DNA from: Spirochaetia bacterium
GTDB lineage: Bacteria > Spirochaetota > Spirochaetia > SP-2023
DNA length: 64,000 bases
Assembly (NCBI GenBank): GCA_965263295.1
Contig: OZ253665.1
Span: forward strand, 704,001 to 768,000
Reading direction: 5' to 3'
Position 1 is the first letter of the stretch, and the number at the start of each line of letters is the position of its first letter. The position numbers and the translations under genes are program-made. A model generated the notes under the pieces. That model saw only the letters and a program-made list of their open reading frames with translations. It was not told the DNA's origin and did not search any database. Of the stretch, positions 20,369-29,112 are shown in pieces.

Positions 20369-20550
20369 CCCATGATCTGGGCGAGCTGGAGAGGGCGCTG
20401 CTGTTTATCGGGCGCTTTGCTCCGGGCGGGGTATCCAGCCAGACGCCACTGTGTGACTTGCCGCGCCTGATCGCCCAGGCTGAATATCTGCGTCAAATTG
20501 AAGTGGGTATTGTGCAGGAAGCTATTGTGCGGGCCTTTGGCGAGGCTTAG
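20320..20550 (+). CDS. tail chaperone -1 frameshift extension (T-like ORF)
   Basis: Open -1 frame with no ATG of its own: ...HDLGELERALLFIGRFAPG...LIAQAEYLRQIEVGIVQEAIVRAFGEA*; slippery heptamer C CCT TTG at 20320-20326. Confidence 0.55.
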   Translation, partial: PFVRRATGTQTSGGRLAHDLGELERALLFIGRFAPGGVSSQTPLCDLPRLIAQAEYLRQIEVGIVQEAIVRAFGEA

Positions 20551-20726
20551 GGTTTGGGGTTAGCGGCCTGGCGTTTGCCTGCTTCTGCCCCAATCCATAT
20601 TTTTCCCATATTTTTCGCCCTGATTTCTTTAGCCATTAGATAGAATTGATGGGCCAGCCATATCAGGGGGATGATGATTAATGGCGGAAAAACTACCGAC
20701 AGGGCCGACCAAACCCATATTTTCAT
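20547..20726 (-). CDS. small membrane protein (moron-like, antisense between chaperone and tape measure)
   Basis: MKIWVWSALSVVFPPLIIIPLIWLAHQF... single TM; lower GC than neighbours. Confidence 0.5.
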   Translation of the reverse strand: MKIWVWSALSVVFPPLIIIPLIWLAHQFYLMAKEIRAKNMGKIWIGAEAGKRQAANPKP

Positions 20727-20742
20727 GAGATTAGTATAAGTT

Positions 20743-23238
20743 ATGGCTGATTTTATCGCAAGTGTCGCACTCAAGCTGCACGACCAGTTCTCCGCGCCAG
20801 CGCTCAAAGCCAAGGCCGCCTGGGCCGACCTGGAGACAGGGGCCCAGAAAGCCCAGTTTGCCGGCGCCAAGATGGTCGATGTCGGCAAGAAAGCCACGAT
20901 GGCCGTGACTGTGCCCATAGTTGCGGCTGGCACCGCAGCCATTAAAGCCGGGGTGGACTTCAACAAGGGCCTGGCCAATGTCGCCAGTCTGGGCGTGGCC
21001 GAAGATCGGGTACGGGCTTTAGGCAAGGACGTGCAAGGCATGGCGGTGCAATTCGGCCAGAGCACGTCCAGTCTCAACGAAGGCCTTTACAACGTGATTT
21101 CGGCCTTTGGCGATACCGCAGAGACTTCCAGGCTTCTACAAATTAACACACAGGCGGCGGCCGCAGGCATGGCCACCACCAGCGAGGCGATTGCCCTGAC
21201 TTCGGCGGTGACCAAGGGCTACGGCGATACCAGCGCGGCTGCGATGCAGAAAGCCGCAGATCTGGCGTTTCAGACGGTCAAACTCGGACAGACTACTTTC
21301 CCTGAATTGGCCGCCAGTATTGGCAAGGTCACGGGCAACGCCAATGCCCTTGGCGTCTCCCAGGAAGATTTGTTTGCCGTGTTTGCGACCGCGACAGGCG
21401 TGGTGGGCTCAGCTGCGGAGGTCAGCACTTCCACGGCGGCCATACTTAACGAAATGATCAAGCCGACCAAGGCTCTTTCGGGGGCAATTGACGCCCTGGG
21501 CTATAGCTCCGCCGATGCCATGATCCAGCAGTTGGGCTTTGGCGGAGCCATTCAGGCCCTGGGTGGCTATGCGCATGATTCAGATGTGAAAATTTCCAGT
21601 CTGTTCGGTTCTTCAGAGGCGGGCCGGGTGGCCATGACTATCGCTGGCTCGCAGGCCGATGTCTTTAATAGCAAGCTCAAGGAGATGTATAACTCCAGCG
21701 GTGCCCTGGATGCCGCCTACGCTGCGCAGACCGGCGGGATTAACGAATTGGGGTTCCAGTTTGAGCAGCTCAAATCCCAGGCCGCGGTGAGTGCCCAGAA
21801 TATTGGACAATCGCTAATGCCTGCCCTGCGCCTAACCCTGCAAATAGTGGAGCCCCTGGCTTCAGGCATTGGGTCGGTGGCCACCTGGTTTGGCAATCTG
21901 CCACAACCTCTGCAAAATAGTGCGCTGGCCATTGCAGGCATTGCCGTTGCCGCCGGGCCGGTAAGCGTGGCTACGGGCTCACTTGTTGGCTCGGTGGGCA
22001 AGCTTGGCGCAGGATACGTCAGGCTGAATAGATTCGCGCATGACCACAGCACGCAACTCAAGACCCTGGGTGGGTATTTTGTGCGCGCTGGCTCTGGAGT
22101 TTTAAGTCTGGGCCGGCAGTTTGTGCTGGCGATTCCCAAGGCTTACGCCTTTGCCGTGGCCAACTGGGCCGTGATCGGCCCCATGATCGCGATCACCGTG
22201 GGAATAGCCGCCGTCATCGCCATTGGCGTGCTGCTGATAAAACATTGGGACACAGTCAAAGCCTTTGGCGCCAGGGTATGGAATGGGATTGTTTACGGGG
22301 TACAAACCGCAATTACCTGGTTCAGCAACTTGCTGAATAACCCATTCTTTGCGGCTGTCGGGGTTTTATTCGCTCCCTGGATAACTATACCGGCTTTGGT
22401 TGTCAAAATAATCATGGCCCACTGGGAGCCGATCAAGGCGTTTTTCGCGGCCGTCTGGGATGGGATCACATTGGGCGCGCGGGCCGCCTGGGCTTTTGTT
22501 GTTGGCGTTTTTAGTCCCGTTGGCAATGCCGTTGTCGCGGCATGGCAGCCCGCAAAGGCTTTTTTCATTGGGATGTGGGATGCCGTATTGTTTGCACTGC
22601 ACGGCGTCGGGGCTTTCTTTAACGGGGTTTTTGCGGCTATCGCGGGCAGGCTTATTGCCGTGTGGCAGCCCGCCAAGGCGTTCTTTGTGGGCATGTGGGA
22701 TGCGGTATTGCTTGTGCTGCACAGCGTCGGGGGCTTTTTTAGCGGGACTTTCGCGGCTATCGCGCAGGGGATTATTACGGCCTGGCAGCCGGTAAAGGCC
22801 TTCTTTGCCGCATTGTTTGAGCCCATCAACAAGGTCGTGAGTAGCGCCAGTTCCGCCTGGAAATGGCTTGTGGGCGGCAATACCGAAGGAGCAGGCGGCG
22901 GCCAAACGGTACCCGACAATGTAAAGAAATTTGGCGCTGGGGGCTATACTGGTCCGGGCGGGGCCAGTCAGGTGGCGGGCGTGGTGCACGCGGGCGAATA
23001 TGTGTTCTCGCAAGGTGCGGTGGACACGATCGGACTGGGTAATCTCGACTATCTGCACAAACATCCGGGGCCGATTCAATTCGGCCAGGGTATCAGTGCG
23101 GGAGGCCCCGCGCCGAGTGGCGGTGGGGATCAGGTGGTAAATATTTCGATTAACGGGGACATCCGCATTGACGCAGCCGAGATTGAGGAAATCGGCGACT
23201 TTGTGCGCTTGCTGATGCGGGCCGGGGGTGCGGCGTGA
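20743..23238 (+). CDS. phage tail tape measure protein (TP901-like)
   Basis: Ala/Gly-rich; AADLAFQTVKLGQTTFPELAASIG core; Trp/Phe-periodic repeats; C-terminal FGAGGYTGPGG...AGVVHAGEYV. Confidence 0.92.
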   Translation: MADFIASVALKLHDQFSAPALKAKAAWADLETGAQKAQFAGAKMVDVGKKATMAVTVPIVAAGTAAIKAGVDFNKGLANVASLGVAEDRVRALGKDVQGMAVQFGQSTSSLNEGLYNVISAFGDTAETSRLLQINTQAAAAGMATTSEAIALTSAVTKGYGDTSAAAMQKAADLAFQTVKLGQTTFPELAASIGKVTGNANALGVSQEDLFAVFATATGVVGSAAEVSTSTAAILNEMIKPTKALSGAIDALGYSSADAMIQQLGFGGAIQALGGYAHDSDVKISSLFGSSEAGRVAMTIAGSQADVFNSKLKEMYNSSGALDAAYAAQTGGINELGFQFEQLKSQAAVSAQNIGQSLMPALRLTLQIVEPLASGIGSVATWFGNLPQPLQNSALAIAGIAVAAGPVSVATGSLVGSVGKLGAGYVRLNRFAHDHSTQLKTLGGYFVRAGSGVLSLGRQFVLAIPKAYAFAVANWAVIGPMIAITVGIAAVIAIGVLLIKHWDTVKAFGARVWNGIVYGVQTAITWFSNLLNNPFFAAVGVLFAPWITIPALVVKIIMAHWEPIKAFFAAVWDGITLGARAAWAFVVGVFSPVGNAVVAAWQPAKAFFIGMWDAVLFALHGVGAFFNGVFAAIAGRLIAVWQPAKAFFVGMWDAVLLVLHSVGGFFSGTFAAIAQGIITAWQPVKAFFAALFEPINKVVSSASSAWKWLVGGNTEGAGGGQTVPDNVKKFGAGGYTGPGGASQVAGVVHAGEYVFSQGAVDTIGLGNLDYLHKHPGPIQFGQGISAGGPAPSGGGDQVVNISINGDIRIDAAEIEEIGDFVRLLMRAGGAA

Positions 23239-23843
23239 TCTTGAGCTCAATGCCCGAAGAAAAGGCCTTATTGCTCAACGATGTCGTGGTGCCGGGCATC
23301 GAGGTCTCGTGCTCCTTTGACGGGAGGGCGCAGGTTGACCGCTCAAGGTGGAAGGACGGCGGGCGCGATTTTACCCTGAATGGCTTTGACCCGGTCGAGT
23401 TTGCCGTAAACCTTAAAATCGTGGATGAACAGGCCCCAGGTCAATTAACAGATCAGTCAACGAGTCACGGAGGCAAGAGTCGGGAAGAACTGCTCGCCGA
23501 GGTCATCGCCCTGTTTCGCAAGACCGAGAACGGCGGTCAGCCGGTGCAATACGAGATACTGCTACCAGAGGCAAGGGCCTGGGGCGTCAAGCGCTGTTAT
23601 CTGTTGAGCATGAGCAGCGCTCGCGGCAGCAAGCTGGTCTATGATGTGAGCCTCAAGTTTGTGGAGTTCAACCCTGAGATTGACAGGATCACCAAGCAGC
23701 AGAAGAAAAAACAGGCGGCCAAAAGCACGCCCAAACCTCCCACAAGCGGCGATGCGGCCACGGTCGCCGAGCGGAAACAGTTTGACGAGCATGCGGAGAT
23801 ATGGAGGCGCCATGATCCAAGTCTGCGCCAGGATATTTATTAG
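23235..23843 (+). CDS. phage tail protein (gpU-like position)
   Basis: Overlaps the tape measure stop (GTGA); VSLKFVE motif followed by a basic linker. Confidence 0.6.
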   Translation: MILSSMPEEKALLLNDVVVPGIEVSCSFDGRAQVDRSRWKDGGRDFTLNGFDPVEFAVNLKIVDEQAPGQLTDQSTSHGGKSREELLAEVIALFRKTENGGQPVQYEILLPEARAWGVKRCYLLSMSSARGSKLVYDVSLKFVEFNPEIDRITKQQKKKQAAKSTPKPPTSGDAATVAERKQFDEHAEIWRRHDPSLRQDIY

Positions 23844-23865
23844 CCTTTAAATATTGGAGTATACA

Positions 23866-24966
23866 ATGGAAGTGCGAATATTACGAGATGGCGAGGATAC
23901 GGGCTACAAGTACCTGAGCTGCCGCCTTTCAGCCACCGTGGATTTAGTTAGCCAGCGCTGCGACCTCTATCTGAGCCGCGATTCAAGTTTTGCGGTGGGT
24001 CAGGAGCTAGGCATTGAGGGGGACGGCGTGCGGCTGTTTAGCGCCCCGGTCGTGAAGGTGGGGCCAGGGCGGCACAGCCAGTTGCGCATTATAGCCTTCG
24101 CGAAGCTGGATGAGGTGGTGCACGTGAATTACCACCAGGAGGATGCGGCCAATATCCTTTCGGACATAATTGAGAGGCACAACTACAAGAGCACGGGCAA
24201 GCGCATGGACTTTGCGTTAAGGGGTGAGCGCATGAGCCTGCTGCACCACTGGCTCGACACTGTGGCCCCGGACAAAGAAGCCTTTATGGACGCCGAAGGG
24301 GTCTTACAGGTGGGGCTGGAGCCAGGCAGTACGGTGCATTTGGGCAAGCTGATAGAGGAACACGGGGACTGGCAGGAATACCGCGCTGTGCCGGTACTTT
24401 TAGGGCAGGTATCAAGCCAGGGCATCGTAAGGAGTCTGGAATACGCGCTCAAGCCGACGCGGGAGCGCCTGCGCATCTGGTGGGGTGAATTAAAGGAGAG
24501 TGCAAAAGACTTTTCTGTTAAAAGTAGCCTGAAAAAAGCCTTTGAGGCGACCAAGGACGCTATTTTAGGGCCAGGAAGTATCGGAAACTTTAGCAACAAG
24601 ACAATTTATGCTATTATGAACGACAGGGTTGGCGGCCATCCGCTAGAAAGCCTGGTGCGCCCAGTCCCTTCGGGCACGATCTTGCAAGGCTATATAGACG
24701 GCGTGGTTGATGTGGAAGGTTATCAAGTTTATAAGATGAATGAAAATACCAATTTAACTTTTGATGGTGATTTTCAGGTTCTGCAGCCCGATGACAAAGT
24801 AGAGATACATTTGAAGAATATAAAAGTTATAATGGGGGAGAATAACGATGAATATGGCCTATATCGTGACATGCTAAGGAACAGTAACTTTCAGCATGTC
24901 TACACTGGCCAGTTGTCAATAGCCATGTGTAGTTGGTGGTCTGCAGCTCAAAAACACGGGGGATAG
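23866..24966 (+). CDS. phage baseplate hub/late-control (gpD-like) protein fused to an unrelated ~160-aa C-terminal domain
   Basis: Position between tail protein and spike gene; RBS GGAG before ATG 23866; GC drops after RLRIWWG (about 24490). Confidence 0.55.
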   Translation: MEVRILRDGEDTGYKYLSCRLSATVDLVSQRCDLYLSRDSSFAVGQELGIEGDGVRLFSAPVVKVGPGRHSQLRIIAFAKLDEVVHVNYHQEDAANILSDIIERHNYKSTGKRMDFALRGERMSLLHHWLDTVAPDKEAFMDAEGVLQVGLEPGSTVHLGKLIEEHGDWQEYRAVPVLLGQVSSQGIVRSLEYALKPTRERLRIWWGELKESAKDFSVKSSLKKAFEATKDAILGPGSIGNFSNKTIYAIMNDRVGGHPLESLVRPVPSGTILQGYIDGVVDVEGYQVYKMNENTNLTFDGDFQVLQPDDKVEIHLKNIKVIMGENNDEYGLYRDMLRNSNFQHVYTGQLSIAMCSWWSAAQKHGG

Positions 24967-24968
24967 TA

Positions 24969-25196
24969 ATGCTTAAAATCCATAAAAAAAATATTTTACA
25001 ATTATCGTATGTTTACTGGTTAGGACTATATCCGTTCATTCTATTATTGGCATTCGAATGGGTTCCTATTGTGCTGCTAGCGGTTGTTATAACCGTTCTT
25101 TTGGTTTTTAATAGAAAGTATATCAAGGTCTTAGCTATAAAAACAAACTTGATAATGCTTGTATTTTGGCTGTTAATTATAGTTATCTTTGGCTAG
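24969..25196 (+). CDS. small multi-TM protein, candidate immunity protein
   Basis: ATG 2 bp after the previous stop; very hydrophobic; AT-rich. Confidence 0.6.
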   Translation: MLKIHKKNILQLSYVYWLGLYPFILLLAFEWVPIVLLAVVITVLLVFNRKYIKVLAIKTNLIMLVFWLLIIVIFG

Positions 25197-25229
25197 TGAC
25201 TATAGTTACCTAAGGCTTCTTAATATATT

Positions 25230-25769
25230 ATGCCTCCCGATGATACCCTAGCCCCACTGTACCGCAGCTGGCTCAATTCCGCGATGCCCAAACGCCAGGG
25301 GCCAGAGCTGGGCAAGGTGCAAAGCAGTACCTGCAGTGCCCAGGAATACACCTGCGCCGTAAAGCTGCTGGAGCCAGATAGCCTGGCCGAAACTGGAACC
25401 GAGCTAAGCGGCGTCAGCATCAACCCGCTGTGGGCCGACTCGCACGGGTCGGGTATCTATTCCCCACCAGAAAACGGCCAGATTGTGGTGATTGGCTACC
25501 TGGGCATGGATCGCAGTCATCCCTTTGTCTCGGCAATCTGGGGCGGTCAGGCTCCCAATTTGCGCCCCAGCTGCCCCGCCGCGGCCGGCGAGCTGGTATT
25601 GGTCAAAAAGAGTTCCGCCGGGCAGACTTGTATCAAATTTGACGGCGCCGGCCTGCTGGCAATTGGCGAACCTTATGAACCACCATTAATGAAGGAACTA
25701 CGGGAAGCCCAGGCTAGAGCATTGAGGAAAACCGTGGAAAACCTTGGGACAGAAGCCGAAAAAGATTAA
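25230..25769 (+). CDS. baseplate spike protein (gpV/gp45-like); C-terminus apparently truncated or replaced
   Basis: GIYSPPENGQIVVIGYLGMDRSHPFV resembles the spike OB-fold motif (P..G..V...F..GD...P.I). Confidence 0.7.
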   Translation: MPPDDTLAPLYRSWLNSAMPKRQGPELGKVQSSTCSAQEYTCAVKLLEPDSLAETGTELSGVSINPLWADSHGSGIYSPPENGQIVVIGYLGMDRSHPFVSAIWGGQAPNLRPSCPAAAGELVLVKKSSAGQTCIKFDGAGLLAIGEPYEPPLMKELREAQARALRKTVENLGTEAEKD

Positions 25770-25776
25770 TTTTTCT

Positions 25777-25805
25777 TTGACAGATAACAAATCCTATGTT
25801 ATAAA
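25777..25805 (+). promoter_or_regulatory. near-consensus sigma70 promoter
   Basis: TTGACA, 17-bp spacer, TATAAA, with extended -10 TG. Confidence 0.75.
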
Positions 25806-25820
25806 ATATTTTAGTTAAAA

Positions 25821-26018
25821 ATGGCAAGCTTGGTTATTGATATTTCAAAAGATGAAGCCTCTGGGATCAACGCCAAGCGGCTGGAGTTAATAATGCGTTA
25901 CAACAGGGGAAGAATTTCTCTAGATTCCATAAATAACATACACAAAGAGTCCAAGGCTACATTTATAAGTACCTATGGACTTTCGCAATATCTCAGCAAT
26001 CGCCTGGAACTTCTTTAA
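25821..26018 (+). CDS. small hypothetical protein
   Basis: 65-aa ORF directly behind the strong promoter; N-terminus resembles that of 27092-27256. Confidence 0.5.
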   Translation: MASLVIDISKDEASGINAKRLELIMRYNRGRISLDSINNIHKESKATFISTYGLSQYLSNRLELL

Positions 26019-26161
26019 ATTCTAGAACTGGAATTATACGTCTAGGGTTTAGGGGAGTCTCTAATACTTTGCTGGGTTTGTGTCTGTGTGTGTGGGGGGG
26101 GGGATAATATTGAATTGAGATTGATACATTTATAAAGATTTTTATTTAAGAGTAATCTGCA

Positions 26162-27047
26162 ATGATCATTTTAATTACAGCTTTTTTAACCTTTGCAGCC
26201 ATTGGCTGGGGATGTCGTAGCATCCAAACGAACGAATTAGTGCCCTATGGTTCTGAAAGCTCTGAAAGAGATAGAATAAACAATGAATATTTTCTCCAAA
26301 AATATTGTCTCAAGGTATTTCTTTACGTCCAAAGTGAAGAGCGCAACCATGCGATATCTAATCTCGAAGAAGGTTTTGGCCCTGATCTTTATAGAGTATT
26401 GGAACACTCCGAGCTTTCTTTCAGTGAATTTGAAAGTCTCAGCCCTCAAGTCAAGCTGGGGATATGGGACTATGTCAAGGAACTAAGCACTGAGCCTGAA
26501 TTTAAATCAAGATGAGTTTGCCAAAAAACTAGACATAGGGCGAGTCTCGATTTCTGAGATTGAAAGAGAAAAAACAAAGCCGTCTGTTCAGTTAATAGAA
26601 AAGATAATGTTGGAATTCTCAACATCAGGTAACTGGCTTTTAACTGGTGAAGGAGAGATGCGCCAAAGGTCAGGTGGCGATTTAGAAGGCAGCTTTCACA
26701 TGATATATCACGTGATTCAGAGCTTAACGGACGATGTTCAGACTCTTACTTCAAAGCTGGAAGATACGAAGAAGGAAAATGCTGATCTGGACAAACTGGT
26801 AATTAAACAGGGCCAGCGCATCGCCGCCCTGGAAAAAGCCGTCAGTCTCGATGGAGAGCGCGAAGGGTTGGCAAGAGACGACATGGAGATAAGGAAGGCT
26901 CTGGCTTTAGTCTCAAGGCTTCTAAACCGTATCTTTAAAGGAATAAGGGAACTTAGGGCCTTTAACAATCTAGTAAATTTTTCTGATATCAAGATTGCTG
27001 AAGATGAGGCCGTAGAAGAAATTGCAAAACTGGCTAAGGAGCGTTAA
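26162..27047 (+). pseudogene. frameshifted Xre/CI-like HTH regulator with N-terminal hydrophobic segment and C-terminal coiled coil
   Basis: Removing one base near 26488 joins ORF 26162 to ...YVKELRLSLNLNQDEFAKKLDIGRVSISEIEREKTKPSVQLIEKIMLEFSTSGNWLLTGEGEM. Confidence 0.75.
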
Positions 27048-27091
27048 TTTCTGGGTCTGCTCTGTCGCTATTATACTGGCAGGACAGAACA

Positions 27092-27256
27092 ATGAATTTA
27101 ATAATAGATATCCCTGAAAGTGATTTTCTGCGCATTGAGTTGGAACGAATTAAAATACTGCAACGGAACTATTCCAATATGGAAATTAGTCGTAGGTACA
27201 GTTACTACTGCTTTATGACGGCAGTCTATTACGACCTGGACGCTGCGGCAAAGTGA
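27092..27256 (+). CDS. small hypothetical protein (54 aa)
   Basis: RBS AGGA; hand-translated MNLIIDIPESDFLRIELERIKILQRN...; followed by a terminator. Confidence 0.5.
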   Translation: MNLIIDIPESDFLRIELERIKILQRNYSNMEISRRYSYYCFMTAVYYDLDAAAK

Positions 27257-27271
27257 AGTGATGGTCATAAG

Positions 27272-27301
27272 AAAAGCCCCCTCGGAATGAGGAGGCTTTT
27301 T
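27272..27301. terminator. bidirectional intrinsic terminator
   Basis: AAAAGCCCCCTC-GGAAT-GAGGAGGCTTTTT between convergent genes. Confidence 0.8.
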
Positions 27302-27312
27302 GTCGTGAGCTG

Positions 27313-27942
27313 TTATTGATTTAAAACAGAATCAATCATTTCAATTTGCTTTTGTTTCTGTCTTGCAGTAATCGTAAGCTGAGTTTTTTGGCCTGACTTA
27401 GAGTAAAATTGAATACTGCTATCCTGTCCGTTCCTTAACTCGGAATCTGGGAATGAGGCAACTACGGTTTCATTAAAAATACTTCCATACTGGGCCATCT
27501 TAACGTCTCTATCAAGTGATGTAAATTCGGCATTCCCAATGCCCTTAATTGCGGCACCATTATAAAAAAGCCAATCTGTATGATATCCAAGATCTGCGTA
27601 GACCTGATGCGAGACTACTTTACCACTAATGAAAGTTCTCAAAAAGTAATGTTCTTCGGTATGTTTAGCAAAAGTTTCTTGGTTTATGATAGCTTCCCCG
27701 CTTATGGTAGTAACATCATTATATTCATCAATTTGGATTCCCGCGCTATCCTTAATGTAATAAACTCCCTCAGATATTTTGTCACCTAAAGGAACCGAGA
27801 CACAACCTGCCAAGAGAAAGGAAAGCAAAATAAGGGATATAAAGCTTTCTCTAACCTTTACGCCCATTGCGTATTTAACCGCATATTTATTGATTGAAGC
27901 GCTTCTGTCGCCAAGATTCTTTAATTTATTTATAAATTCCAT
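27313..27942 (-). CDS. putative lipoprotein (true start probably downstream of the called start)
   Basis: LILLSFLLAGC lipobox. Confidence 0.65.
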   Translation of the reverse strand: MEFINKLKNLGDRSASINKYAVKYAMGVKVRESFISLILLSFLLAGCVSVPLGDKISEGVYYIKDSAGIQIDEYNDVTTISGEAIINQETFAKHTEEHYFLRTFISGKVVSHQVYADLGYHTDWLFYNGAAIKGIGNAEFTSLDRDVKMAQYGSIFNETVVASFPDSELRNGQDSSIQFYSKSGQKTQLTITARQKQKQIEMIDSVLNQ

Positions 27943-28124
27943 AATGAAAACCTTCCTTGGAAAAATTTAATAACATTAATATAATATGTCGCTTTAAGTA
28001 TTGCAATAGTATTATATTAAGGAACTGTAAAAATGCGAACAACATGCCCCCAGCTTCCCAACTCTGCAAAGATGTATTGCTATACGATATTGATACGGCT
28101 AAGATATCACTATATGGAGGATAC

Positions 28125-28850
28125 ATGGATACCTTGGATGAAGTGAGGGAAATCCTCAGACAACTCAGCATTTCGCAGTCAGAAGCTGCCGAACAGCACA
28201 ACAAAGAACTGGCCGAGTTCCAAAGATCACAGGCTGAAGCTGCTGAACAGCACAACAGAGAGATGGCTGAGTTGCACAGGTCTCAGGCTAGAACTGACCA
28301 ACAACTTGCACAAAACAGTAAAGACATTGCCAATTTACTTAGGTCGCAGGAAAAGACCGATGCGCAGCTGCTTGAATTGCGCAGGTTGCAGGAAAAGACC
28401 GATGCGCGGCTGGACAAAGTGGCTCAGCTATTAGGCAATATTGGCATCAGCAACGGTGATTTTGCCGAGGAACTGTTTTTCAACAGTCTCTACGCAAATC
28501 CGTTTCTCGGTGGACTGCGCTATGACAGTGTGAAGCGCAATGTGTCCAACCGCCGCAGGAATCGCGACGAAGGCGAGTACGACATCGTGATGTACAACGG
28601 CGATACCGTAGCACTTATTGAGGTGAAGTACAAGGCGCACATCAACGACATTGATAAGCTGCTCACAAAAGAGCCACAGAACTTTCGCCAGACTTTCACC
28701 GAATACAAGGACTACAAATTTTATCTGGGGCTGGCGTCCACGGTGACTGACGGCAAGCTGATTACAGAGGCACGGGAAGCGGGTATTTTTCTCTTGACCC
28801 AGAGAGGCCAGCACATTGAAGTTGTGAATGAGGAAGTGCACAGCTTCTGA
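28125..28850 (+). CDS. coiled-coil plus PD-(D/E)XK nuclease-fold protein (DUF3782-like)
   Basis: GGAGG RBS before ATG 28125; repeats SQxEAAEQHN and QEKTDA; GDFAEELF, GEYDIV, LIEVKYK. Confidence 0.75.
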   Translation: MDTLDEVREILRQLSISQSEAAEQHNKELAEFQRSQAEAAEQHNREMAELHRSQARTDQQLAQNSKDIANLLRSQEKTDAQLLELRRLQEKTDARLDKVAQLLGNIGISNGDFAEELFFNSLYANPFLGGLRYDSVKRNVSNRRRNRDEGEYDIVMYNGDTVALIEVKYKAHINDIDKLLTKEPQNFRQTFTEYKDYKFYLGLASTVTDGKLITEAREAGIFLLTQRGQHIEVVNEEVHSF

Positions 28851-29086
28851 TCACGGTCCCCCTTTCACAGTCCCTGGCCAAGTAACCACAAAATACACTA
28901 AAAAATACGAACAACACGAAAAATTTTAAAACGCCCCTCTTCTGACCTTCGCGCCCTTCCTGGCTCCCGTCATCCTTTTTCCTGACTCCCCTGTCACCCG
29001 CGGCCCCCCATCGTTACACCCGCGGCTCCGCCGTCTAAATTTCGTGATCTTTCGCCACTTTTCGTGGTTCCCTTTCGTGGTTCCCC
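28851..29086 (+). repeat. full copy A of the dispersed CACGAA palindromic element
   Basis: Left arm AACCACAAAA...CACGAAAAATT, GC-rich core, right arm AATTTCGTG...TTCGTGGTT; homologous to the reverse complement of 40803-41104. Confidence 0.9.
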
Positions 29087-29112
29087 ATATAAAATATAAG
29101 GATACCCAAAAT

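Larger units (their letters stand above)
19140..27950. mobile_element. degenerate, rearranged prophage remnant (contractile-tail module plus repressor); boundaries approximate
   Basis: Tape measure, tail chaperone, gpD-like and gpV-like genes, Xre repressor, BECR-like fragment; GC-rich relative to flanks; no integrase, terminase, capsid or sheath gene recognised. Confidence 0.8.

Noticed and set aside
22540..22810. ~120-bp repeats as a DGR template/variable pair
   Set aside because: They are the in-frame Trp-periodic repeats typical of tape measure proteins; no reverse transcriptase is present
27957..28124. N-terminal extension of the 297-aa ORF
   Set aside because: A clear GGAGG RBS supports ATG 28125; the upstream part is AT-rich intergenic sequence
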